DNA of 64,000 nt from Deltaproteobacteria bacterium (GTDB lineage: Bacteria; Myxococcota; Kuafuiibacteriia; Kuafuiibacteriales; Kuafuiibacteriaceae): assembly GCA_040218735.1 (NCBI GenBank), contig JAVJQW010000042.1:128001-192000 (forward strand), given 5' to 3'. A model generated the notes under the pieces. The model searched no databases, was not told the origin of the DNA, and was given only the letters and a program-made list of their open reading frames with translations. Position numbers and translations under genes: made by a program. Positions 30,956 to 41,953 of the stretch are shown piece by piece. Position 1 is the stretch's first letter. Every line of letters begins with the position of its first letter.

Positions 30956-32372
30956 CGTAGGCCTCCGTGTCGATGAGGTCGTGGAGCATCTTCTCGATCT
31001 GGTAGCTGTGGCGGCCCTTCAGCGTGTTCCACAGCGCGTTGAACTCTTCCTGCTCCGACGCGAGCGGATCGTGTCCGAGCAGGAGGCGCCAGTACTCGAG
31101 GACGGACGCGGCGGCGAAGGCGTCGCTGTTGGCCGCGACGTTGGCCCACTCGGTGAGGTTCGAGACCGGCTGTCCGAGGACGTAACCTTGCTCGGGCATC
31201 GCCGTGATGTTGACGCCCTCGTTCCTGAAGTCGTCTTCGATGCGGTTCGGGTCGTACGTGCCAACGCTCCCGGTGAGGCCCTGATAGTTCTTGAAGGGGT
31301 ACGACGCCGGGTCGAGCGTCGAGTGGCACACCGAGCATGCGTCCGCCTGCACACCCTTGTCGTCGTAGTCGACGGGCTCGCCTTCGACCGGGTCGAGGCC
31401 CTGCAGCTTCGCGATGTCCATCCCGAGGAAGGACCGGTACGCCTGCGCGGCCGCCGTGCGCGGGAGCGCGGTGAACATGACGTTGAGCACCAGGTTCCAG
31501 CGTGTGGTCATCATCCCCGCGCGGCGCTCGGTGACGATGTCCTGCCGTCCGGTGCGGTCCGCGCCGGTCGCACGTGCGTAGTGCGTCGTGTTGCCGTCGC
31601 TGTCGGTGCGCGCGACCGCGAAGAAGTCCGCGGTGAGCACGTCGCGCGCGTCGTGGTCGTCGGTCTGCGCGTACACGAAGAGGCGGTAGTCGTCGTAGTA
31701 GTCGGCGAGCGGGATGATGCCGCCGTCCTCACCGGCCTTGATCGCCTGGATGGGGCGGATCTTCTTGTGCGCGAGCTCCCAGAGCTGGCCGTCCTGTCCG
31801 ATCCAGAACGGGCTGTCGAGGCACGCCGTCAACTTGGCATGCACCGCGGCGCGCGGGTCGGCCTCCGCGTCGAACGCCTGCATCTCTTCCCAGGTGGGGG
31901 AGCGCCCGCAGAAGTCGAGGCTGACCTTCTTGAACGCGTAGCGTGCGTCCCAGTTGCAGACGTCGAACTGATCGTTGATGCCCGTCTTACCGGCGCACTC
32001 GATCTCGTCGGGCCGCGACAGGTCGTCGCCCGGGTGTGTGCCGGAGAGGATCTCGTCGAGGTTCGAGTAGCCGTCGCCGTCGCTGTCGTCGTCTTCGATC
32101 TCTTCGAGTGCCGTGGGCAGCGCGCCGAGGAAGTCGTTCACGTCGAGCGGACGTGTCATCGCCGGGAGGATCTTCGCTTCGAGCGCTTCGCCGAACCGGT
32201 TCCGGGTCGGCGGAGTGCCGGCATGGCAGAACGTGCAGGCCGGGAGCCCGGCGAGGCACGTCGGTGCGTCGGGGTAGGCGTCGCAGAATGCGCCCGGGGC
32301 GACGGGCAGAGCCCACGCCTCGGACGTCAGCAACACGGCCGCGAGCGCGGCCGGACCGAGGGTCCACTTCAT
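30945..32372 (-). CDS. Secreted protein with two CxxCH motifs and a Ca-binding DxDxDG repeat
   Basis: Signal peptide MKWTLGP...AWA; CTFCH, CSVCH, DSDGDGYSNLDE. Confidence 0.75.
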   Translation of the reverse strand: MKWTLGPAALAAVLLTSEAWALPVAPGAFCDAYPDAPTCLAGLPACTFCHAGTPPTRNRFGEALEAKILPAMTRPLDVNDFLGALPTALEEIEDDDSDGDGYSNLDEILSGTHPGDDLSRPDEIECAGKTGINDQFDVCNWDARYAFKKVSLDFCGRSPTWEEMQAFDAEADPRAAVHAKLTACLDSPFWIGQDGQLWELAHKKIRPIQAIKAGEDGGIIPLADYYDDYRLFVYAQTDDHDARDVLTADFFAVARTDSDGNTTHYARATGADRTGRQDIVTERRAGMMTTRWNLVLNVMFTALPRTAAAQAYRSFLGMDIAKLQGLDPVEGEPVDYDDKGVQADACSVCHSTLDPASYPFKNYQGLTGSVGTYDPNRIEDDFRNEGVNITAMPEQGYVLGQPVSNLTEWANVAANSDAFAAASVLEYWRLLLGHDPLASEQEEFNALWNTLKGRHSYQIEKMLHDLIDTEAYGVP

Positions 32373-32460
32373 GTTGGTCACAGCGGACCGCGCCTGGCGG
32401 GTTCGTACCATCGGTCAGCCCGTGGAGGGGCGAGGGTAGGATACGAGGATCGTGGGGAAA

Positions 32461-33342
32461 TCACGCGAGGGCGGGGGGTTCCTCGACCTCGTCCTCGTCC
32501 TCGTCGTCGTCCACGAACTCTTCGTCGGGCTCGCCCTCTTCGTCCTCGGGCATCGTGGCCTCCCGCTCCGCCCGGCGGCGCTTGAAAAAGACGATCTCCT
32601 CGCCCAGCCCCAGCGTGATGTAGCCGATGAACAGGGTCGCGAGGGCGAAGGTGGGCTTGAGCTGGGCCGAGAGCGCGGCGAAGACCAGGCAGACCACGAA
32701 GGCGATGGTGATCGACTTCTTCGAGGGCCGCAGGTCCTTGAACGTGCGGTAGCGGACGTTCGAGACCATCAGCCCGGCCAGCACCAGCGCCACGGTCGCG
32801 ACCGCCGGCGGGCCGCCGTACTTGGGCTCGCCGAACGGGTAACTCGCCATGACCATCGCGACGACCGTGCCGGCGGCGAGGGGGATCGGCAGTCCGACGA
32901 AGTACTTCGACGACCCCGGCTCGCGGCTCGCGAGCACGTTGAACCGCGCGAGGCGCAGCGCGCCGCACGCGACGTAGAGGAACGCGACGAAGAGCCCGAT
33001 GAAGTCGAGCTCGTACAGGCACCACCGCCACAACAACACGCCGGGCGCGGCGCCGAACGAGACCTGGTCCGCGAGGGAGTCGAGCTGCATCCCGAACTCA
33101 CTCTGCGTCTTCGTCAGCCGCGCGACGCGTCCGTCGAACATGTCGAAGAACATGCCGAAGAAGATCGCGATCGCCGCGCGATATAGATCGCCCGGCTCCG
33201 CGTCTCCCATACAGAGGGTGATGGCGTAGAAGCCGCAGAAGATGCTGGAGACGGTGAAGGCGTTCGGAAGGACGAACATCGCCTTCTGCAGGTCGAAACG
33301 TATGCGGCGCCGGCGGCGCCGCGTTTGGCCATCACGTGCCAA
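32461..33342 (-). CDS. pssA: CDP-diacylglycerol--serine O-phosphatidyltransferase
   Basis: LPNAFT, DMFDGRVAR...FGMQLDSLADQVSFGAAP, RLARFN, FVGLP; start uncertain (TTG 33342 chosen). Confidence 0.88.
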   Translation of the reverse strand: MARDGQTRRRRRRIRFDLQKAMFVLPNAFTVSSIFCGFYAITLCMGDAEPGDLYRAAIAIFFGMFFDMFDGRVARLTKTQSEFGMQLDSLADQVSFGAAPGVLLWRWCLYELDFIGLFVAFLYVACGALRLARFNVLASREPGSSKYFVGLPIPLAAGTVVAMVMASYPFGEPKYGGPPAVATVALVLAGLMVSNVRYRTFKDLRPSKKSITIAFVVCLVFAALSAQLKPTFALATLFIGYITLGLGEEIVFFKRRRAEREATMPEDEEGEPDEEFVDDDEDEDEVEEPPALA

Positions 33343-33392
33343 GCCCGACCACGCTAGCACGCTCGACCGGGCATCGCACGACAAGACGTGCG

Positions 33393-34571
33393 ATGATGAA
33401 TCGCATGACGGGCGACACGCTCCTGTACGTGGTCTTGGCCGCGGTGGCAGTCCTCGTCGCCTACGTCTTCCTCTCCGAGGCGCTCACCGCCTCGTTCCGG
33501 CTGGACGACGCCGGGACCGTCGAAGCGCTGACCATCGAGCTGTCCGATGTCGGCCATCACATCGCGCTCTACCACCACCCGCCGGAGCTGCAGCGCTACA
33601 GCGAGCCCGTCATCCTTTGTCACGGGCTGGGCGCGAATCGTTTCAACATGGACTTCTTCGACGACGGGGTGTCGGGCGATCGCATGTCCCTCGCCCGGAC
33701 GCTCGCGCGCGCGGGGTTCGACGTCTGGGTCCTCGAGACCCGCGGCCACGGTCGCGCGACGGTGCCCACGGGCGCCGACTGGACGATCGACGACGAGGTC
33801 CAGCAGGACGTCGCCACCGCGATCGAGACCGTGTTGGATCTGACCGGCGCCCAGAAGGTGCTGTGGGTCGGCCACAGCTGGGGCGGGATCCTGCAGTACT
33901 TCTTCTTCGCGATGGCGCACCCGCTCACGTCGCGCGTCGCGGGCGTGGTCGCGATCGGCTCGCCCGGGACCATCTCGCACCAGCTGTACCTGAAGCTCCT
34001 CCGCGGGCCGGGGTGGTTGCTCGCGAACCTGTTCCGCACGCCGCTTCCGGTGCGGCGCCTCGCGAAGCTCGGCGTGCCGATCAGCGCGTGGCTCAACCTG
34101 TTCCCGAAGATCGTGTTGTCGCGGATCGCGCCGCTGGATGACCCGCTCCTGCGTCGTCTGTTCGCGTCGCTCGCCGAGGACATCCCGCCGGGCATCCTGC
34201 GGTTGATGCTGTCGTGGGTTCGCTCGGGTGGATTACATTCGAAAGACGGCACCCCGCTCGAAGACGGTCTGGAGAACCTCGTCGTCCCCACGCTCCTGGT
34301 CGCCGGCTCCGCCGACACCCTCGCGCCGCCCGACGCCGTGAAGTTCGTCGCGGATCGGGTCGGCAGTGATGACGTCCAGTACGTCATCATGGGCAAGGAG
34401 CGCGGGTGCGACGTGGAGTACGGGCACGGCGGCCTGCTCCTCGGCCGCCAGGCCCCCGACGAGGTCTTCCCGGTCGTCGAGCGTTGGCTCGTGCGCCACG
34501 CGACGAGCGAGGTCACGGAGATCTGGTCGCGCTCCGCCCCGAAGAACGGCAAGCCCAACGGCCACGTCTGA
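33393..34571 (+). CDS. Membrane-anchored alpha/beta hydrolase
   Basis: N-terminal TM; CHGLG, GHSWGG nucleophile, AGSAD, YGH. Confidence 0.85.
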   Translation: MMNRMTGDTLLYVVLAAVAVLVAYVFLSEALTASFRLDDAGTVEALTIELSDVGHHIALYHHPPELQRYSEPVILCHGLGANRFNMDFFDDGVSGDRMSLARTLARAGFDVWVLETRGHGRATVPTGADWTIDDEVQQDVATAIETVLDLTGAQKVLWVGHSWGGILQYFFFAMAHPLTSRVAGVVAIGSPGTISHQLYLKLLRGPGWLLANLFRTPLPVRRLAKLGVPISAWLNLFPKIVLSRIAPLDDPLLRRLFASLAEDIPPGILRLMLSWVRSGGLHSKDGTPLEDGLENLVVPTLLVAGSADTLAPPDAVKFVADRVGSDDVQYVIMGKERGCDVEYGHGGLLLGRQAPDEVFPVVERWLVRHATSEVTEIWSRSAPKNGKPNGHV

Positions 34572-34574
34572 ACG

Positions 34575-36011
34575 TCAACGCCCGTAGTACGTCGGTCGGT
34601 GCGAGCGCACCGGCAACGGCGTCCGCACCAACGTGCCGATCGACGATAGCGCCGAGACGAACTCCGGCTCCAACCCCAGCACGACGAGACGCGCCTGCTC
34701 GGGGACGAGCGCGGCCTGCGCTGCCTTCGTGACGTCCGCCGCCGTCACGTCCACGAGACGCGCCTCGATGGTGTTGGCGTAGGTCGGCGGCAGCCCTTGC
34801 GCGAAGACGTCCCGCAGGTAGCTGGCGACACCGCGGGTGCTCGCGAGTCGCGCGTGCAGGCTCGCGCGCAGGCGCGCCTTTGCGTTGTCGAGCTCGGCCC
34901 CGTCGAGCGGGTGCTTCTGCAGGTCGTCGACGACGTCGAGGAGCCCCTGCGCGCCCTGCGCCGCGCCCTCGTGATCGAACCAGCCGCCGAGCATCGCGTG
35001 TACGTTCCCCGTGCGCGCGCGCCGCTGGGTGTACACGCCGTAGGTGAGGCCGCGCTCGTGTCGCAGGCGACTCTGTGCGCGCGAGACGAACCCGTTCGAC
35101 AGCGCCGCCACCATCACCTCGTAGTCGATCGCTTCCGTGGACTGCACCGACGGGCCATCGAGCAGCAGGCCGACGTACGCTTGGGTCCTGCGGCCCGGGA
35201 CGAAGCGGATGCGTCGCCCGCCCTCGCTCGGGAGGCGACCGATGGGCGCCGAGGCCTTCACCGGTTCGCGGGAGCGCCAGCCCGCGAAGGCCTCCGCCGC
35301 GCGGGCGTGGATCGTCGCGGCGTCCACCGGACCGACGACGATCACCGCGCAGGACTCGGGGCGGTATGCGCGTTCGATGAAGGCCGTGACGTCGGCGCCG
35401 CTGACGTTCGTGAGCGCGTCGGTTCGGACGCGGGGCACCTGCGCGAGGGGGTGGTCGGGCCCGCCGCGTTCCATCCGGTCCACGAGCCACGCGGCGTTGG
35501 ACGACGAAGTGAACCCGGCTTCGTTGTGCAGCTGCGTGCGCTCGCTTCGGAGTCGTGCGCCTTCCACCGGGCCCGCCGACAGCGCCGTCATCAAGCGTTC
35601 GAACACATACGTGACCTGTATGGGGTCGCCGCGCTTGCGCACGTAGGCCGACTCCGAAGCGACGCCCGCTTTGCCCTTGATGCGCGCGGCGAGGACACGC
35701 GCGGCGAGCGTCGCGGCGTCCGGCTCATTCGCGAAGCGTCGTCCGCCCTCGCGGTTCACGAGGTACACGATCGCGTCGTGGGATTCGCGCCGCGCGACCC
35801 AGACCGTGAGCCCGTTGTCGAGGGTGCGCGCGTCGACCTCGGGTGCGACGAGCGGGCGCGCGTCGGTCTCGACCGGAGGCGGCGTGGCGCGGAAGGGTTC
35901 GTCGGGCGTCGGCGTCAGCGGCTGCGCGAGGGGCGGGAGCGTCGAGCGCCCGCCGCACGCAAACGTCAACGCCACGCTAACGGCAATCGCGGCCGACCGT
36001 ACGTGCGACAT
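34575..36011 (-). CDS. M16 peptidase-like, non-catalytic subunit (lipoprotein)
   Basis: TLDNGL, YRPES, SR...LRHERGLTY; lacks HxxEH. Confidence 0.8.
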   Translation of the reverse strand: MSHVRSAAIAVSVALTFACGGRSTLPPLAQPLTPTPDEPFRATPPPVETDARPLVAPEVDARTLDNGLTVWVARRESHDAIVYLVNREGGRRFANEPDAATLAARVLAARIKGKAGVASESAYVRKRGDPIQVTYVFERLMTALSAGPVEGARLRSERTQLHNEAGFTSSSNAAWLVDRMERGGPDHPLAQVPRVRTDALTNVSGADVTAFIERAYRPESCAVIVVGPVDAATIHARAAEAFAGWRSREPVKASAPIGRLPSEGGRRIRFVPGRRTQAYVGLLLDGPSVQSTEAIDYEVMVAALSNGFVSRAQSRLRHERGLTYGVYTQRRARTGNVHAMLGGWFDHEGAAQGAQGLLDVVDDLQKHPLDGAELDNAKARLRASLHARLASTRGVASYLRDVFAQGLPPTYANTIEARLVDVTAADVTKAAQAALVPEQARLVVLGLEPEFVSALSSIGTLVRTPLPVRSHRPTYYGR

Positions 36012-37260
36012 CCGTCGTCTCCCCCTTGGTGTCGAGGACGGCGACGAATCGCCGCGTCGGCGTCAGGTGCTTCCTCGTCGCGGCTTGCACCTCGACCGCC
36101 CCCTCCGGAACCGCGCCGCGGACCGGAACACCGAGCTCCGCGAGCGCGAGATCACGACCGACGTCGAGTGGGTCGTCCTCTTGTGAGCGCCGACCGCCGC
36201 GGACGCTGCGGATTGCGTCGACGACCGGTTGGGTGCCGAACCGCAGATCGCGCAGCTGCCGGACCTCGTCGAGGACGAGGCTCTTCAGCGCGTTGGCGTT
36301 GGCGTCGCGGGCGCCGACGATCCGAACGTACGCGTGGCTCTCGAGTCGCTGCCGCTGCACGCCGCTCGCGACGTACACCGCCGCGCCGTACTGCTTCTGC
36401 AGCTGCTCCGAGAGCCGCTTCTCGATCACGACCGTCGCGACCTCGACCGCATCGAAGTCACCGTCGACGGCCCACCACACCTCCACCACCGGGCTCGCGA
36501 CCCGCGCCGTCACCCAGATCTCACGGCACCGCTCGGAGCGCTCCGGTGCGGCGGGGCGCGCGCGTTTGGGGATAGCCGGCGCGACGACGGTGCCGAGGTG
36601 CTTTCGCACCATCGACTCCGCGCGTGCGGGATCGAAGGCGCCGACGAGCGTCACGACGGCGTTGTCGGGGCGGTAGGTCTGCTGGAACAACCACCGCGCG
36701 TCGTGCGCGGTGAGCGCTGCGGTCTGTTCGAGCTCGTCTTCGACGCCAGCGTAGGGGTGCCCGTCACCGAAGAACGCGCGGCGCGCGTACGCGAAGAATG
36801 TCCCGCCGATGCCGCCTCGTCGTCCGCGCATCTCCCGCATCACGACGGGGTGTTCGTCCGCGAACGTCGCATCACTCATCACCTCGAGCGTGAACGCCAT
36901 GCGATCGGCTTCGCTCCACAACGTACGCTCGAGCGCACCGGTGGGGACGACCGCGTAGTAGGCGGTCGCGTCGAGGAAGGTCGAGGCGTTCATGTCGCGT
37001 CCACCGACCGCCTCCAGCGACGACAGCACTTCGAACGGCTTCGTGTGTTTGGTGCCGCGGAAGGTGAGGTGCTCGACGAGGTGCGCGAGCCCCGCGCGGT
37101 CCTCCGGATCGTCGGCCGCCCCCACGCCGTAGGCGACGGTGACCGCGACGACGGGCTCGCCCGGCATCTCGCGGAGGATCGCGACCATGCCGTTGTCCAT
37201 GACGAACCGCCGGTCACCGTCGGCCGCCGCGAGCGCGAGCAGGACGAGGAGCGCGTTCAC
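35977..37260 (-). CDS. M16 (insulinase) Zn peptidase, catalytic subunit
   Basis: GTG 37260; MDNGM, GLAHLVEHLTFRG, NAST, YRPDNA. Confidence 0.87.
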   Translation of the reverse strand: MNALLVLLALAAADGDRRFVMDNGMVAILREMPGEPVVAVTVAYGVGAADDPEDRAGLAHLVEHLTFRGTKHTKPFEVLSSLEAVGGRDMNASTFLDATAYYAVVPTGALERTLWSEADRMAFTLEVMSDATFADEHPVVMREMRGRRGGIGGTFFAYARRAFFGDGHPYAGVEDELEQTAALTAHDARWLFQQTYRPDNAVVTLVGAFDPARAESMVRKHLGTVVAPAIPKRARPAAPERSERCREIWVTARVASPVVEVWWAVDGDFDAVEVATVVIEKRLSEQLQKQYGAAVYVASGVQRQRLESHAYVRIVGARDANANALKSLVLDEVRQLRDLRFGTQPVVDAIRSVRGGRRSQEDDPLDVGRDLALAELGVPVRGAVPEGAVEVQAATRKHLTPTRRFVAVLDTKGETTDVARTVGRDCR

Positions 37261-37967
37261 GGCTCGGGCTCCGAGAGCCAGGACACCAGCGCGCCCGCGC
37301 CGGTCGTGATCCCGACGATCAGCGCGACGTCGGCGACGAAGAAGAGGGTCTTGGCGGAGCGCGTGTCGTCCGAGGTGCAGGCGCGGAGGCGACCGCAGGC
37401 GCTCGACTCTACGCGGTTGTACTCCGCGACGCCGAGGCCGCCCGCGACGGCAAACGTCACGAGCGCAAGCCCACTTGCGGCGGTGAGCGCGATGGAGGGG
37501 ACGTCCACGCCTTCGTCCGGAGGCGTCGGCTCGGCGACGATCGCCGGTGGCGGAGGCGGTGGCGCGACGACGATCTCGACCGCGTGGTCGCGTTGGCCCT
37601 CCGCGAGCCGGAGCGCGCCTTCGTGGGTCGTGCCGTTCGCGGTGACCTTCACGCGGTGCTCGCCGGGGTCGAGCGGATCCCCGTTGGTGTAGCTGCGCCC
37701 GTCGACCTGAACGCGGGCTTCGAGCTCGCGCCCGTCGGCGTCGACGACGGTCACGACGGCCGAGGCGAGTTTGTTCTGCGTCGCCTTCAACCGCGCCCGA
37801 CAGTCGCGCCGCACGACGGCCGGACACGACGACGCCACACAGACTTCGAACCCGTCCCGCGCCGCGAGGTAACGACCGCCGCGCAAGGCGACTTGCGCGC
37901 GCTCGCTCGCGTTCAGACAGGCCTCGACGGAGGGGGCTTGCGCGAGCGCGAGGAGCAGGAGGATCAA
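37257..37967 (-). CDS. Secreted PEGA-like hypothetical protein
   Basis: TTG start overlapping the upstream stop; CxxxxCPxxVRxDC, VDG...LDPGEH, hydrophobic C-terminus. Confidence 0.7.
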   Translation of the reverse strand: MILLLLALAQAPSVEACLNASERAQVALRGGRYLAARDGFEVCVASSCPAVVRRDCRARLKATQNKLASAVVTVVDADGRELEARVQVDGRSYTNGDPLDPGEHRVKVTANGTTHEGALRLAEGQRDHAVEIVVAPPPPPPAIVAEPTPPDEGVDVPSIALTAASGLALVTFAVAGGLGVAEYNRVESSACGRLRACTSDDTRSAKTLFFVADVALIVGITTGAGALVSWLSEPEP

Positions 37968-38833
37968 GGCAGCACCTCGACGTCGTCGATATGGACCATC
38001 ATCGCTGGCCACGGGCCGAGCACCTCGGTGATGCCGACCGCGAGTCGTATGTCACCCAGCGGGAACGAGGGTGACCACGCCGCGACGCCGCGCTGAATCC
38101 CGTCGACCCGAATGACCGTCGAGGCACCGCCGATCGTGATCTCGGCTCGGTGCCAGTCGGTGCCGGAGTTGAACGGTCCGCCGACGCCGACATTTCCGCT
38201 GTCACGGATGCGCAGCTGCGTCCCCGAGATCTCCAGGTAGACCTCTTCTGGCGTAGGGGGAGGCGGCGTCAGCCGAAGGACGGCCGCCCACTCCGTGGGG
38301 CCGAGCGGGGAGAGTCGATAGCGCAGCGCGATGGTTCTTTCGAGGTCGCCATCCGCAAGATCAACGAAGACGAAGTGCGCTGCCGCGTCTCCCCCGGCGC
38401 CGCCGGCCGTATCGGCCCTCAACGACGCGGGAGGGCTGAACGCGTCCATCGTCGTGCGCGTGATGGACACGAGTGACGTGTTGACGCCATCGGTGCCGTC
38501 CCATTCGTCGAAGCTCGTGCGGTCGTCGAAGCTCGCGCAGAAGATCCGCCCCGCGTTGACGCCGCAGAAGGGGCCGCCGTCGCGCGGGCCCGCGTCCCGG
38601 AGCGGTCCGCCGCCGTCCCGGGGGACACCGCCGTCACGCAGCACGCCGCCGTCGTGTCCGGGGCCCCCGTCGCGGCCCACGCCGGCGTCCTCGGCGCCTC
38701 CGTCGGGCCCGATGCCACCGCCGTCCCGGCGGACCGAGGCGTCCGGGGCGATGCCCTCCAGATCCGACGCCGGGAACGCGAGGCTGCACCCCGTGGCGAA
38801 GACGAACCCGGTCGCGATGAACCAGCGCGGCAC
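37964..38833 (-). CDS. Lipoprotein with DGG-repeat linker and beta-rich C-terminal domain
   Basis: ATGC lipobox; repeated xDGG; FCASFDD...WH...IDDV. Confidence 0.7.
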   Translation of the reverse strand: MPRWFIATGFVFATGCSLAFPASDLEGIAPDASVRRDGGGIGPDGGAEDAGVGRDGGPGHDGGVLRDGGVPRDGGGPLRDAGPRDGGPFCGVNAGRIFCASFDDRTSFDEWDGTDGVNTSLVSITRTTMDAFSPPASLRADTAGGAGGDAAAHFVFVDLADGDLERTIALRYRLSPLGPTEWAAVLRLTPPPPTPEEVYLEISGTQLRIRDSGNVGVGGPFNSGTDWHRAEITIGGASTVIRVDGIQRGVAAWSPSFPLGDIRLAVGITEVLGPWPAMMVHIDDVEVLP

Positions 38834-38865
38834 GTGGCGGGGAGGGTACCCAGGACGGCCGAAGA

Positions 38866-40602
38866 ATGGGAGTCGGCCTATACTCGGCGTGCGTGGCTGG
38901 ACCGACCGAACCCTCGCGTGATGGCGAGTCGCTCGTCGCCGGAAGGATCCGGATCGGCGAGCCGCTCGGGCGCGGCGGTCAGGGCGCGGTCTTCCGCGGC
39001 GAGATGGTTGGGCCGCAAGGTTTCTTGCGCTCCGTCGCGATCAAACGTGTGACGGGCGCCGCGCCGGGCGCGACCCTCAACGAAGCCCTCCTCGACGAGG
39101 CGCGGCTGGCCTCCGCGATCCATCACCCCAACGTCGTCCAGACGCTCGACGTCGTGGAGGACGGCGATGAGTACGTCATCGTCATGGAGCTCGTGGACGG
39201 GGTCTCGCTCGCGAAGCTGCAGCGCGCGGACCGGAAGCTCCCGCCGCAGATTGCGGCGGGGATCCTGGAGGGGGCCCTCCGCGGCCTCGACGCAGCGCAC
39301 GAAGCGCGAAGCCCGCAGGGGGTGCCGCTTCGGATCGTGCACCGCGACTTCTCGCCGCAGAACATCCTCGTCGACCGGTTCGGGATCGCGAAGGTGCTCG
39401 ACTTCGGTATCGCCAAGGCCGCGGATCGTGCGCAGCCGATGACCCGCGTCGGTGCGTTCAAGGGCAAGGTCCCGTACGCCGCGCCGGAGCAGGTGCAGGG
39501 TGAAGGGGATCGGCGCGTCGACATCTGGGCCGCGGGCGTCGTGCTCTGGGAGACGATCCTCGAGCGCCGCCTCTTCAAACGCGACACGCCGGTCGAGACG
39601 CTCCGGTGCATTCGCACGCTACAGATCCAGCCGCCGATCGCGCTCGACCCGACGCTGCCCCACGGCCTGAGCGTCGTGGCGATGCGTGCGCTCGAGCGCA
39701 CGCCGGACCGCCGCTTCCCGACGGCGCGCGCGATGGCCGACGCCCTCGTCGCCGCCGGCGCGGCGTCGGCGCGGGAGATCGCGGCGTGGGTCGAGCCGCT
39801 CTTCGACACTGCTTCGTCGCCGGAGGGCGGGGCGCCGACGACGCGCATCGGTGCGTGGCTCACGCCGTCGCACGAGGCGCGGCCGGTGGACCCGGACTTC
39901 GCCGCGTCCGAATCCGACGCGACCGGAGGGCCGCCGCCAACACGGCTCGTTCGACCCGCGCCGGGGCCGCCGTCGGCGACGAGCGCCGACGCGGCCGTCG
40001 ACCGTGATTTTGCGGAGGCCCCGCCCCGGACGGTGCGGCTCGCGGCACCCGACCTCGACGAAGCCGGGCCCACGGCCGGTCCGACGCGCGTGCCGCTCGC
40101 GACGACCGACTCCGACGTGGTCGCGGGGGCAGGAGGTCTCGACCCGGCGGACGCCACCGCGCGGGCCGACGCGCCGGCCGCCGAGAGCGTCGAGGAGGGT
40201 GCCCGGCGGGTGCCTCCCCTCTGGATCGCGGGGGCCGCGCTGTTCCTGGCCGCCGGGGCGACGGTGTTCTTCCTCGACGGGCCCCCCCGCGGGCCGACGC
40301 CCGCTCCGCCGCCCTCCGTGCCGGCCGCCGCGGTTGCACCCGAACCCGAACCCGAACCCGCGGTCGAGGCGGCGCCGACGGAGATCGAGCGTGAGGTCGA
40401 ACCCGAACGCGGGGCAGCGGTGGAGACGGAACCGCCGCCCGAGCCCCCGCCGCCGAGGCGACGCCGCGCGCGGCGCGCGAAGAGGAAGCGCAAGAAGGCG
40501 CCCGCCCCGGAGGAGCTCGACTGTGCGCAGCCCTACGTGATGCGGGATGGCGTGAAGGTCTGGCGACGAGAGTGCTTCGCAGCGCAACCGGAACAGCGGT
40601 AG
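38866..40602 (+). CDS. Membrane Ser/Thr protein kinase
   Basis: GRGGQGAV, VAIK, HRDFSPQN, DFG, YAAPE, DIWA; one TM and Pro-rich tail. Confidence 0.92.
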   Translation: MGVGLYSACVAGPTEPSRDGESLVAGRIRIGEPLGRGGQGAVFRGEMVGPQGFLRSVAIKRVTGAAPGATLNEALLDEARLASAIHHPNVVQTLDVVEDGDEYVIVMELVDGVSLAKLQRADRKLPPQIAAGILEGALRGLDAAHEARSPQGVPLRIVHRDFSPQNILVDRFGIAKVLDFGIAKAADRAQPMTRVGAFKGKVPYAAPEQVQGEGDRRVDIWAAGVVLWETILERRLFKRDTPVETLRCIRTLQIQPPIALDPTLPHGLSVVAMRALERTPDRRFPTARAMADALVAAGAASAREIAAWVEPLFDTASSPEGGAPTTRIGAWLTPSHEARPVDPDFAASESDATGGPPPTRLVRPAPGPPSATSADAAVDRDFAEAPPRTVRLAAPDLDEAGPTAGPTRVPLATTDSDVVAGAGGLDPADATARADAPAAESVEEGARRVPPLWIAGAALFLAAGATVFFLDGPPRGPTPAPPPSVPAAAVAPEPEPEPAVEAAPTEIEREVEPERGAAVETEPPPEPPPPRRRRARRAKRKRKKAPAPEELDCAQPYVMRDGVKVWRRECFAAQPEQR

Positions 40603-40612
40603 GGTCCCCGGC

Positions 40613-41949
<1,337 letters not shown>

Positions 41950-41953
<4 letters not shown>

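Noticed and set aside
32461-33342. pssA as part of the PKS lipid cluster
   Set aside because: It lies about 15 kb away behind unrelated genes and is a common housekeeping gene.
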